Shown piece after piece: positions 50,107-64,000 of a stretch of 64,000 nt of DNA. The translations under genes were made by a program, and so were the position numbers. This DNA comes from the human T2T-CHM13v2.0 reference genome, Homo sapiens. How positions within the stretch are numbered: position 1 is the stretch's first letter; the number at the start of each line of letters is the position of its first letter. Under the pieces are notes generated by a model. The model was not told the DNA's origin. It worked only from the letters and a program-made list of their open reading frames with translations, and made no database searches. Location: NCBI RefSeq assembly GCF_009914755.1, contig NC_060931.1. One strand, 5' to 3'.

Positions 50107-50520
50107 TTGCTAAAGAAAAATTATTCTGACACTTGTTAAAATGTCAAGGAAGACATTTAGAACTATTGCAATAGGTGCCATGACTATCACCATGGGGGAG
50201 AGAGATTGGCCTCAAGTTTTAATACAACAAAAACAGCTAGGATTTATAACCAGCAAGCAGACTGAGGGGTCAGTTCATGGAAAATTACTAAGAAGTGATA
50301 TCAAGGGTCGGGGATATTCTTGTTAAAGTGACTTACAAGATTCTTGCTGAAGACAGGCGGAGATGATCAATTATCAAGGCTAGGAGATACTCTCTAAACT
50401 GACTTTGCAAGATTCTTGCTAAAACTGGACTCAGCAGGCCTAAGACAGGGGCCCAAGGATGAGGCCTAGTTGGGAAGAGGGCTCAGAGGAGCCTAACTAA
50501 AGTATGGTCAAGGAGAGAGC
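50107..50520 (-). mobile_element. Probable ERV1 LTR (MER31-like)
   Basis: Resemblance to recalled consensus only. Confidence 0.4.
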
Positions 50521-50559
50521 ACCACCATTCCCTCTCCGCTTATGCTCTTTCATCCCCTA

Positions 50560-51350
50560 ATTTAGTCAGATGTTATTAAATATCCAGATTTTCCTCCCAT
50601 GTCAGAAATTTTCAAATAACGCCCAATTCCTGCTTCTCCATTCTTATCCTTCCTCTCCCTCCCTTGTCTACCACCATACCTTTAATCAGTCATGAAGTCT
50701 GATGAGTTTTACCGCAGAATTTCTTGAATCGTTCCTCTGCTCCACATTCGCATTTCCACTGCTCTAGTTCAGGCTTTCATCCTTGCTCTTCAGTTTCATC
50801 TAAACTGGTTTTCCAGCCTGTAACTAACCTCTGACCCAGTCAGTCTCTTCTGTGCAACCACGGTAATCTTTTGAAAGTGCAAGTCCAATCGTGTTTTCCC
50901 GAATTAAAAAGCTTTTGCTGGCTGTACATCTTCACAGAATATACCGAATGAAATTATAGGTTCTGACCCTGCTGACCTTCCAGCCTTTACTTTCACCACT
51001 TGCCTCTCACTCTCTATCCTCCAGCCACACCTGTACTTCCCCAGATACTCTTGTTCCTTTTCATACTTAGTGCCTTGGTCATGCTGTTGGCTTAGCTCCC
51101 CTTCCACCTTGTCCTCCTAAAGATTTGTTTGTCCTTCAGCCAGGAAAATCTTACCTCACTACTCATAGAATGAATCATTCCTTCCACCTGTGCTCACTTC
51201 TCTTATTGCCCTTGCTGCACAGTATTATAATTTATTTGTTTATATGCCTGCCAGTTTCCTGCAGTCAAGGAGCGTAAGGTAAACTGTATTGTCTGGATCT
51301 AGCGTAACATCCAACAAATAGTAGACTCTCTAAAATTCTGTATTATTGAA
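50560..51350 (+). mobile_element. Degenerate L2 3' region
   Basis: CT-rich L2-like motifs, ends aaattctgtattattgaattga. Confidence 0.5.
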
Positions 51351-51881
51351 TTGATTTTTAGTTTCATTTAGATTACTAGTTTGATAAGTTAAAAATGGAA
51401 AATAAAACCCATTTATGATTCTTTTGATGTTGGGCAGTTTTGAGACAAAAGAGAATTATATTTAATTTCAAACAAATTCAGTAGTATGCAAAATTGGAGA
51501 TTATCTTGTGTATAATAGCAGACTAATGCCTTCAGGAAATCATCTATACTTGAAATAATGCTAAATACAGTAATTGTTCAACGCTATATTCTTTGGAAGC
51601 TGGGTAAAAGAGACATCACATTGCCCTGTATCAGTTACTTGCTATGCTCATTCTATTTATAAGGTTTATTATTGATTTATCTATTTTAGCTCTTCTACAT
51701 CCATAGTCACTCCTTTCTGGTCTGGTTCATAGCTTTTTAAAAGAGCTGCTAATATCTTTATTGTTCAAATAAAACTTAACATTATAACCAAAATAAATTA
51801 AGCCATATTGGTGCAAGATATCTCTCCAGATCACCTAAGGGAGGGATATGCCAGAAAATAATTCTAGAAGAATAATCACCA

Positions 51882-52450
51882 TGGTAGGCTGAAGAATGGC
51901 CTTCTAAAAAATGCCCATGCCCAAATCCTTAGAACCTGTGAATATGCTACTTTACATGGCAAAGGGGACTTTTTGCAGATGTAATTAAGGGTACAGATTT
52001 TAAGAAAGGAAAATAATCCTGGATTATCTCTGTGGGCCCAATCTAATCACATAAATCCTTAAAATCAGTACAGATGTGGCAAAGCGAAAGTCAGAGAGAT
52101 CAAGATAATGAGAGGAACAATTTGACAAGGAATGCAGGTTGCCATAGGGAACCAAGAGCGGCTCCTGACTGACAGCCAGCAAGGAAATGGAGACCTCAGC
52201 CACACAGCCGCAAGGAGTTGAATTCTGTCAACAACCTAAATAAAACTGAAAGCACACTCTTCCCCAGAGGTACCAGACAAAAGCTCAGGTAAGCTGACAC
52301 CTTGATTTCACCCTTATGAGACCTGGAACAGAGGAACCAGTCAACTCTTGCTGGACTTCTGACCTACAGAACTGTGACATAATAAACTTGAGTTGTTTTA
52401 AGCCACTAAATTTGAAGTGTTTTGTTTCAGCAGCAATAGGAAATTAATAT
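51882..52450 (+). mobile_element. MLT1D/E-like MaLR LTR
   Basis: tggtaggctgaagaatggcc...agaacctgtgaatatg...cagcaataggaaattaata. Confidence 0.7.
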
Positions 52451-52539
52451 AATTATCTTTATATAGTTTGAAAACATGAAAGCAAGGATTTTCTGTTTTG
52501 ATCCTTAGCACCAAGGCACAGCAATTATTAATAAAGTGT

Positions 52540-52892
<353 letters not shown>

Positions 52893-53855
52893 TCATTCAG
52901 CCATTATCTACTGAGTGCTTACTATGTGCCTGGCACCAAGCTATTTGCTGGAGGTAAAAAATTGAAGCACTGTCACGGAACTCAAAATATAACCTTAGGT
53001 AATAATACTATTAATGTAGAAAGAGCACTAATGGAGACATGAACTGGATATTATGAGTCTAGAGCAGGAATACCTACCCCAGCCTGTGGTGTTGGGAAGG
53101 AACTTCTGAACCAAGTCTTAAAAGATGTTGCTAGCAAGACAGATGGCAGTAGTGGAGTGGTAAAAGTGGGAAGAGAAAGGAGAGAGCTTTACAGAGAGAA
53201 GTGATGTTTGTAATAAAAGGCAATAAGGCAGGAAAAAACATAGTGCATGAAGGGAACTATGTGTTCCATGTTTGTACTGGAAATGTAATATAAGGATTGG
53301 GTGAGAGCTGAAGAACTTGGACCTGATCTTCTGGGTGATCAGAACCACTGTCAGATTCTAAGACAAAAGAATAACATGGTGGAATTTAAGTTTTAAGTAC
53401 ATTTTTTTGGTACCATGAGAGGGCAAGATTTGAAGAAGATGAGGAGTCCTGTTGTTGTCATATTTACTGTTTTCCTATTTAACCTTTTAATAAAAAAATC
53501 ATTCTTTCTCCACCTTAAAAACTGCCTTAAAGAATTTGCCTATTTATACCTGCAGTTCAGGCCTCTCTATCAGGCTTGAGACCAGTTTATCCAGCTTCCT
53601 GCTGGGACATCTTAGAGGAACTAAACCAGTGGGAAATAAACCAGTTATATATAAGGTGATTTTCTGGGTGAAGAAAGAATAGTTTTATTAATAGACAGGT
53701 TATAGCTAAGGTTTTGGCACAAGAGTAGCAACATAAAATTAAGATATTAAGGACACATAATTGTATTTTCTCCAACTTACTTTTGAATCTGAGTTAGATT
53801 TTACCTTTTACCTAATACTTTTGTAGGTTATTCCATGCCTTGCTTATTTCTATGA

Positions 53856-54537
<682 letters not shown>

Positions 54538-56330
54538 GCATGTTAGTTTCTTATAGGCAAGTATCAATGTTTGCATTGCTTAACTTCAGACTTAAGGCAA
54601 GGTTGGAGTCCTGTCCTCCCTCACCATTTACTGGTTGTGATACTGTGGGCAAATAATTCCCACAAGCCTCCCTTTTTTCATTAGTAAAATTTTCAGTATC
54701 CCAATTCAGTAATGTAAGTGCATTATGATCTATGGTCAGAGAATGAGGTACTGTGATCAAACAGCATGGTCAGACTACTCCAAACCCCTCAACAGGGTCC
54801 TAGTGTGAAAACAGCATCTCTCATAGAACCACAGAATTTGTTTTGGGGAAAAGTTGTTCACGGAAGGAGAGAAATACAGGGCAGAAAAACAAAAAGGCCA
54901 GGCAACACAGCAAGCAGATAAACACTGGTTGGAATGTATGAATGAACCAGTGCCTAAATGCGATGGAGCAAGTAGCACTTTTCCTTTAATGCCAATCTAT
55001 AGTTTCAAAGAACTTAGAGGTTTGTTGGGGACCAACAATGTTTGGAAAGGACAGTGCCAGGGATGAACATGTGCTTTACTGTAGGCAATACTTAGATTCC
55101 AGTTCTAAGCTTTGCCACTTATTTGAACAAATTACCCAACTTTTAAGTCTCAGTTCCAAAAGCTGAAAAAGATATCATTTATGAGGACCTTTTCAAGGAC
55201 ATTTGGACTCAGTTTGAGACAGAATGTCTATTTTTTAAAAGGCAGCAATACTTGCTTATATTGTATCATAAAATCATTCAAGTATAGACGTTACAGCCTA
55301 TGAATCAGAGTTATTATTTTATCACTCCCAAAACAATAGTGAGCAAGATTCATAACCTCTCTGACTCTTACTTTTCTCATCCAATAAATGGGCACACTAA
55401 TACTCATAAGGTTTGTGGAGGATTAAATGAAATAATACATGTAAAATGCCTAGTATTTATAAAACATATTTCTTGTACACATTTAATGACCTGATTATTG
55501 TGTTAGTCTTTGAATATGCCCTAGTCAATAAAACAGATAGTCCTAGCCCTCGTGACCTACACAATTTTGTAGAATGCACACAGAGGATAAACAGTAAATT
55601 TGGCTAATATTATTGGCATACCAATACTAAATGGGGCTGAAAAGAAGTTGACAGTGTTTCCAGTTATATTATTTGAAGTAAGAGGCTAGCTTGAGTCAAT
55701 GTAGTAGGATGCTAAATTCAATTCAAAAGAAATGGCATTTGTGAGCACCAACTATATGCAAAACAGTGAGCTAGATATAGTTCCTGCCCTTGAAGGTTTG
55801 GTAGTCTTATAGAAGAGTCAGATGTCTACAGTCACCATGAAACAAGGAAAAATGAAATGTGTTATGTAACAGAAGAACCAACAAAGTACTGTGAGAATTC
55901 AGAGGAAGCAGTTATTGATTCCAAAAGGGGGTTAGAGATGGAGTTGTCAGCTTTAGCAAAGTAAACATTGCATGGAACATATTCATACTAAAAATATTAT
56001 TTGTTGTTTATCTGAAACTTAAATTTAACTGAAATACACATCGTGTATTTCATCTGGCCACCCTAATTAGGGAGAGCTGTTGGCTGCTGAAAAAGGTACA
56101 TTTTATACTATTTTCTGTATTTAAAGCAACTGCTTCTCCAACTAACAAAAGAAAAGAGTAGTAGGACTATATATTTGAGTGTATAGTCTCTATTGACTAC
56201 ATAGGTCATTATATTTACAGAGTTTTAAAATTTCCACCAAACTTTTTGGCTTCACTTTATGCCAAGTAGAAAATTGAGATGTATATATTCCATATAACAT
56301 ATTTTAAATCTAAATAGTTCAAGATACTTT

Positions 56331-56670
56331 GTTTTTAATTTTGTAATTTTTGTGGGAACATAGTAGGTGTATATATTTATGGGGTACATGAGATGTTTTG
56401 ATACAGGCACGCAATGTGAAATAAGCACATCATGGAGAATGGCGTATATGCCCCCTCAAGCATTTATCTTTTGAGTTACAAACAATCCAGCTACACTCTT
56501 TAAGTTATTGTAAAATGTAAAATTAAGTTATTATGACTATAGTTACTCTATTTTGCCATCAAATAGTAAGTCTTATTCATTCTTTCTATTTTTCTTTGTA
56601 CCAATTATCCATCCCCACCTTCCCCCAACCCCCTGTCCCCCACTACCCTTCCCAGCCTCTCGTAACCAAA
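56331..56670 (-). mobile_element. L1MA-type 3' end
   Basis: gtatatatttatggggtacatgagatgttttg; flanking direct repeat AAGATACTTT. Confidence 0.75.
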
Positions 56671-57427
56671 ACTCTAAGATACTTTCACTAGATAATTTAT
56701 TTAGCTTTATAATACTTATACAAATATCTTACATTTCTTTTTAAGCATCCTAATTAAATAGTATTTATTGCTGGTATGTTAATATGGTAAAGATTGAACC
56801 ACTCTCAAGGGCCATTCAATTAGACTTTAGAACAAATTGGTATAGTTCTAATGTTTGATTAAAAAATAAAATTTTGGGGATATTGGGACGTGGTATAAAC
56901 TCAACTAATTCTCACTAATTCCAAAACAACTCCTTGTACTGGTTACCCCTATACAGCTCTTCCAGCTAGTATTAATGTGATGCATGCGATTGGCAAGTTC
57001 CTGTGGTTGCTTGACATAGGCTTTAAATATGTATATTCAGAAAGTAGTTTTACAGTTTACCAGGTATGATCAATCTTTTGGGAAATGAATTCACTCTAAT
57101 CAGACTCATAAGAGATTTTAATTAGCCAGAATGTCAACATCTTTGCTTACATTGAGAGATGGGTGGTTTTTTATTAATATTTGCTATCGAGGACATTTTT
57201 TTAATTTTTTGCTTAAAAAAAATCAAAATACCTGGGAAAGAGGCTGGCACAGAAAAGTGGTTGGGAGAGAGTGTTCACAGAAAACTTAGAAATAGTTGTG
57301 GTAGACATTTTCACAAGAAGTCTCTCAAAGTTTTTCTTTGTTTTTAGGTCTGTGTTGGCAACATTTGATGATTTTTTTTCACTCTTGCAGATCAAGGATA
57401 ACTGTGGTTTAGATTTCCCTATTTACA

Positions 57428-57731
<304 letters not shown>

Positions 57732-57877
57732 CTATTTACATAGTTGATTTTGCTAACTATTATGTTTCTAAAACCGTGTATTCCTGGGGTGTTTGGATTT
57801 ACCTTGAAACGTTGGACTCAATACGTGGTTGCTTGCTTAGCTTGTTATTGGTCACAATTTTTTTAAATGAAATATTC

Positions 57878-58222
57878 TGTTGTAGTCCATTTTTCACACT
57901 TCTATAAAGAACTACCTGAGACTGGGTAATTTATGAAGAAAAGAGGTTTAATTGACTCACAGTTCCGCAGGCTTTACAGGAAGCATGACAGGGAGGCCTC
58001 GGGAAACTTACAATCATGACAAAAATGGGAAGCAAGCCTGTCTTACCATGGCGGAACAGGAGAAAGAGGAAGAGAGGAAGTGCCACACATTTTTAAACCA
58101 TCAAATCTCATGAGAACTCAATCACTATCATAAGAACAGCATGAAGGAAATCTGCTCCCATGATCCAATCACCTCCTACCAGGCCTCTCCCACGTGTCAA
58201 GGATTACAATTTGAGATGAGAT
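57878..58222 (-). mobile_element. MSTA-like MaLR LTR
   Basis: tataaagaactacctgagactgggtaatttatgaagaaaagaggtttaattgactcacagttc. Confidence 0.8.
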
Positions 58223-60585
58223 TGTAACTGACTTTTCCATATTTGTCTCTTTCCCTCTCATTCTTTCTCTCAATCTCGCCTGCCCCAACTCTTGGATAAG
58301 TGTTTAGAAATGTCAATCTCCTTTTTTAAAACTTTATCCATTTTTGCCTTTTTACTCACTATATCTTCATCTTCTTTAACATGTTTTCCTAACAGATAAT
58401 AATCCCTAAACTATAATTTACAGGTTAATTTCACATTTTTCTTGATTCTTTCCTAAGGACATACAGAGATGCTATGCTCTTTATTTTCACCAGTGAGGTA
58501 TTTATAAACTTATAAATCATGTGGTAGGAAGTTACTTCTCGAAAACCTTCCTTTTGATAACTAATCTTCTGTATGATATATGGGTTTTGTTGACTTCAGT
58601 CTTAGGAAGTGACACTTCTGAACTTTTTCTTTAGAGTAGGAAGTTTATCTTAATTGGGGGACTCTAACTTTCTACTTGTAAAATGCACACATAATTGTAA
58701 CCAAGGAATAAAAGAAAAAACTAGAATTTTAACAGGATGTGTGTTATATTTCCCAACATTATGGAACTTAAAGTTTTCCTAAACTTCATTTTGAGGATGA
58801 GAATAACATTAATAGAATAGTCATAGCATTTAGGAAAGACTAAAATAATTAAGATCTGGTGACTATATTTACTTCATTTTGAATTTCACAATTGAATTTC
58901 ACTCTGTTGCATGATTTGCTTTTTACTAATATTAAAATATAACTATTATGACATAGTAACTTTTAAAATCTCATCTGGTTCTCAGTTGCCTATTAATGAT
59001 ATTTAGAACCATATTATCATTTAGACTTAGCAGTGATCCTAAAAATCATCTATTCTAAATCTGTTACTTACAGATGAGTTCAATATTTCAGTGATACCCA
59101 ATGAGATTAAATGACTTACCCATTTGCACATACCTAGTGAATTCAACCAAGGTAGGAGAATACATGTATTTTAATTCTTAATTTTCCTTTTTCTCCACTG
59201 AACTTTGATGCTTCTAGAATATAGGTACTATTATGAATTATTTTTGTACCAAAATTGAGCTTTTTGTTTTAAGCCAACTTTTAAAATATTTTGCAGTTTT
59301 ATGAAACAAGAACCAATATTAGCTGTGAGAAGTGACAAAGTATTGTTGAATTTCTTACTAAGTTTTTGGACTTCTAACAAACTTAATTAAAAATATAGAT
59401 TATAAAAGAAAATAACAAATACTTTAACAAAATAACAAAATTAAGTCAACTTAATAGAGGCACCAAGCAGCAGAAGCAGTATTTTTAAAATACAGAATTA
59501 AAATGACGTGGCAGTTAGTGTTTGTCAGATGCAAAGAATTACTGTTAGCCTTCTAAAAATATGGATTTCCAGACCTTGCTCCTGGGAGTTCTAATTCAGA
59601 ATGTCTAGGGTGGTGCTGTCAACACTATATGACCGAACAAGGGATTTATAACTTTTTGGTTTACAGACTCTTTTGGCAATCTGGCAAAGTCAGTGGAACC
59701 TTTCTTGGAATATCTTAGCTTGGACTGAGTGTCCACTGTTGGGGGTTCAGGTAGGTTTGACGAAGGAGAATGTCAAGTCCCTCAGAAGAGTACACGTTTG
59801 AGGGCTGAGTAGCCCTGAGCAGGAATTCACTCTGTGGCCAGAGTGTGTCCAGTGAGCTGGTGAAATTGGTAAACTGAGAGAATTTGATTTGCAACTGGGC
59901 TGAGGTGCTTCTTGGGAGACAAGGCAATTCAAGTGAAGAAAGAGCCAAGCACTCTGAGTTTGATGCTGTAACAAAGCTGAACAAAGCCTGGGGTGCGGGA
60001 TAGCTCTCTGTATATAGACTGATAGTTATAGTGAAGTGTTTCTCCAGTTCATGCCTCGAGAACAAAGACTGTCAATAAAAAGTGTAAGAACTCTTCTGTT
60101 AAACCTTGTAACTTGTTAGGAGCACAAGTGGCATTGCCACGTGTGACATATAAAGCTGGGGCCCATTCTGTATGAGGACCCACAGTCCACCACTTGGCCA
60201 CCAGCCATGCACAAACCATGAGAGTAGAAGAGATGTCTTATGGCAATTCAGGCTTAAAGTGGTTAGGGAAGAGGTTAGCAGCAGTATAGAAATCCTTCAT
60301 CAGCAGATGGAGTCATGAATTTTAGTCTGTTTTGTCCACTGCTGAATATTTTGTGTTTATAATTGTGCCATTCACTTACTAGGTACTCACTGATTATTTG
60401 TTAAATAAATAATGAAAAAACAAACTAATGAAAGAAGCAATGACTTTATAGCCGCAGGTTGGTTAGTGTTAGAGAAATTTAGGTTACAACAGACCTTGTA
60501 TGATAATACTAAGTCACTGCTTCTAAAACCCAGATCCAGGAAAATGTCAAAACTGAAAATTTTAAAAGGAATTTCAACAGAAAAT

Positions 60586-60718
60586 CCAGATTAAGGGTGG
60601 ATCTGCTTTCCCCAGCCCACTGACTCAAATGTTAATCTCCTTTGGCAACACCCTCACAGACACACCCAGGATCAATACTTTGCATCCTTCAATCCAATCA
60701 ACTTGATGCTCGGTATTA
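60586..60718 (-). mobile_element. Inverted fragment of an MLT2-type LTR 5' end
   Basis: Reverse complement aligns to 62509-62606. Confidence 0.85.
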
Positions 60719-60914
60719 CTGGGAGCACAAGTCATTTAGTATTGGTAATCACATCACAGCATTTATTACTGGTGAAAGAATTGTTCTATATTCTGGGTTT
60801 GCAGCAGTAAGACAACCAGGAAAAAAAAAATCTGTTCTCTTAAAGAGAGAAATTAATTCCAAAATTTCAAAAAAAAAAAAAAAAAGGTATGTAATGCCAG
60901 AAAGTAAGAAATGG

Positions 60915-62500
60915 TATGAAGCTCAAATGCCCGTGGTCTCCACTCCTGCCACCCTGCCTTCTGTCCCCCAGCCTGCACTGATGGCCTCATGGGGAGTTCC
61001 CTATAATCAGCTGACAGAGGAAGAGAAGACTAGGGCCTGGTTCACAGATGGTTCTGTGTGATAATGCAGGCACCACCCGAAAGTTGACAGCTGCAGCACT
61101 ATAGCCTCTTTCTAGGACATCCCTTAAGGACAGTGGTGAAGGGAAATCTTCCCACTGGGCAGTGGTGAAGGGAAATCTTCCCACTGGGCAGAACTTTGAG
61201 CAGTGCACCTGGTTGTACACTTTGCATGGAAGGAGAAATGGCCAGATGTGCAATTATATCTATATTACATCTACCATCTATGGACTCACGGAATGCCTTA
61301 TCCACCATCATGTTATTCCACACAGCATTGCCTCTGACCAAGGCACTCATTTTATGGCTAAAGAAGTGTGGTAGTAGGCTCGTGCTCATGGAATTCACTG
61401 GTCTTACCATGTTCCTCATCATCCTGAAGCAGCTGGATTGATAGAACAGTGGAATGACCTGTTGAAGGTCACAATTACAATGCCAACTAGGTGACAGTCC
61501 TTTGCAGGGCTGGGGCAAAGTTCTCCAGAGAGCCATGTATTCTCTGAATCAGCATGCAATATATGGTATTGTTTCTCCCATAGCCAGGATTCACGGGTCC
61601 AGGAATCAAGGGCTGGAAGTGGAAGTAGCACCACTCACCATCACCCCTAGTGATCCACTAGCAAAAGTTTTGCTCCCTGTTACTGTGACATTACGTTCCG
61701 CTGGCCTAGAGGTCTTAGTTCCAGAGGGAGGAACGCTGCCACCTGGAGACACAATGATTCCATTAAACTGGAAGTTATGATTGCCACCTGGACACTTGGG
61801 CTCCTCCTACCTTTAAGTCAACAGGCTAAGAAGGGAGTTACAGTGTTGGCTGGGGTGATTGACCCGGACTATCAAGATGAAATCTGTCGACTACTCCACA
61901 AGGGAGGTAAGGAAGAGTACACATAGAATATAGGAGATCCATTAGGGCATCTCTTAATATTACCATGCCCTGTGATTAAGGTCAATGGGAAACTACAACA
62001 GCCCAATCCAGGCAGGACTACAAATAGCCCAGACCCTTCAGGAATGAAGGTTTGGGTCACTCCACCAGGAAAAAAACCATGACCTGCTGAGGTGCTTGCT
62101 GAAAGCAAAGGGAATACAGAATGGTGGTAGAAGAAGGTAGTTGTCAATACCAGCTACGACCACGTGACCAGCTGCAGAAACGAGGACTGCAATTGTCATG
62201 AATATTTCCTTCTTTTGTTAAAAACACGTTTATGCATGTATACACTTGTACTAAGAAAACATCTTCATTTTATTTCCTTTCTCCTTTATCATGGGACATA
62301 AGATTTATTGACTTCACATCAGCATTTAAGTATGTTAACTTTATGTAATAGTATTTGGGTTGGGGATTGATGCGTTTCTGGTTGTACAAAGAATAGTCGT
62401 ATTATGTTAGGAGTAATTATGACCTTATTATTGTCTTTACTTAAAGATTATGTATGATCTCAGGAGATTTGTATGGGTTCAAGTTGACAAGGGGTGGACT
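60915..62500 (+). mobile_element. HERV-L internal fragment: decayed RNase H, integrase and dUTPase, with polypurine tract
   Basis: AWFTDGS (RNase H), IPHSIASDQGTHF (integrase core), PEGGTLPPGD...IPLNWKL (dUTPase); stops and frameshifts; PPT aaggggtggac before the LTR. Confidence 0.88.
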
Positions 62501-62850
62501 TTTGATGGTTAATACTGAGTGTCAACTTGATTGGATTGGTAGATGTAAAGTATTGATCCTGGGTGTGTCTGTGAGGGTGTTGCCAAAGCCCACCCTTAAT
62601 CTGGTGCATACCATCTAATCAGCTGCCAAAGCAACTAGAACATAAAGCAGGCAGAAAAACATGAAAAGACTAGACTTGCCTAGCCTCCCAGCCTACATCT
62701 TTCTCCTGTGCTGGGTGCTTCCTGCCCTGGAACATCAGACTCCCAAGTTCTTCAGTTTTGGGACTTGGACTGGCTTTCCTTGCTCCTCAGCTTGCAGATG
62801 GCCTATTGTGGAACCTTGTGATCATGTGAGTTAATACTTAATAAACTCTC

Positions 62851-62887
<37 letters not shown>

Positions 62888-62979
62888 TGGATGCATGTAT
62901 AGATATATATGTGTGTATATATATAATATATGTAGCTATCCTATTAGTTCTGTCCCTCTAGAGAACCCTGACTAATACA
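62501..62979 (+). mobile_element. MLT2A-type HERV-L 3' LTR with internal (TA)n
   Basis: Starts t(t)tgatggttaatactgagtgtcaacttg, ends gagaaccctgactaataca. Confidence 0.88.
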
Positions 62980-63345
62980 AATGCCCATTACGTATTTGTT
63001 GATAAGAGAATTAATTAATCCTCCAAGGTATGGGTGGGAGAAATAGGTTCCACAATGCATATGAATAGTCCACAACGTGGCTTTTGATCTATACATCTAT
63101 TAAAAAAACCCAGTTTTTATTTTATTATAACTTTTATTGCATCACAATGCAAGTATAAGCCATAAATCAATTTAGTCTGCTCAGTGAATATCTCTATATT
63201 TTACTAGTCTCAAGTGATAAGATAGCTTTTCTACTCATTTACTGACCATGATTGCCAAATACAAGACACTCCACTAATGACATAGATTTTTGTGTATTCT
63301 GAGAAATGAACTCTAACATGGTCATGAACTTATTTAGCCATTAAA

Positions 63346-63668
<323 letters not shown>

Positions 63669-64000
63669 TGAGTTTTAATATATATACAATTTAGTATTTA
63701 CAAGCCATTTTATTTATAAGTGTGCACTCTAGTTAATGACTTTTGTTAAGGCATTTGAAAAATACGTTGAAAATTGTTCTTTGGAGCTAAAAATAAGGCT
63801 GGAAGTTTAAGTTGTTCAAGTCAATTTCCAGTTACTCTGCTCTTTATTTTCTCTAGTAATCTGAGCAATTTGGCAACACCACTTTAGAGCTAACATGAAA
63901 AGACCTAGCTTTATAGAAGCATGGCATCCATTTGAGCCTAGTAATAATTTTTAATATGCCCCAAGGAGATGAATGTTTAATGGCAACCATTTCTATTTAA

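Noticed and set aside
59715-60065. 116-aa minus-strand ORF in non-repetitive-looking DNA
   Set aside because: No recognisable domain, splice signals or retrocopy hallmarks; only a homology search could rescue it.
60642-62147. HERV-L ORFs as functional integrase or dUTPase
   Set aside because: Multiple stops, frameshifts and internal deletions.

Overview
Primate (human-like) genomic DNA containing most of PNPLA8 (calcium-independent phospholipase A2-gamma) on the minus strand. It includes the CpG-island promoter (~48.4-49.3 kb), two non-coding 5' exons and eight coding exons covering codons 1-692; the last exon lies left of the window. Introns and the upstream region are full of Alus, old L1 fragments, solo LTRs, DNA transposons and a decayed HERV-L. 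The most notable observations are: (1) a young 5'-truncated L1 and a full-length, ORF-intact RPL7 retrocopy stacked in tandem at one target site, which is present three times; (2) the 1139-nt start-codon exon begins with a recursive-splice-like CAG|GTAAGA and ends in a GC donor, and two other exons carry strong in-frame donors 9-12 nt inside their 5' ends; (3) a dense uORF cluster in the 5'UTR; (4) a TSD-flanked ~87-bp insert of unknown origin; (5) a perfect 93-bp duplication inside an old Tigger3. No wholly new gene system could be demonstrated from sequence alone. Repeat subfamily names come from recalled consensus sequences and need RepeatMasker confirmation. Nearly all short ORFs in the supplied track are repeat-derived or chance.
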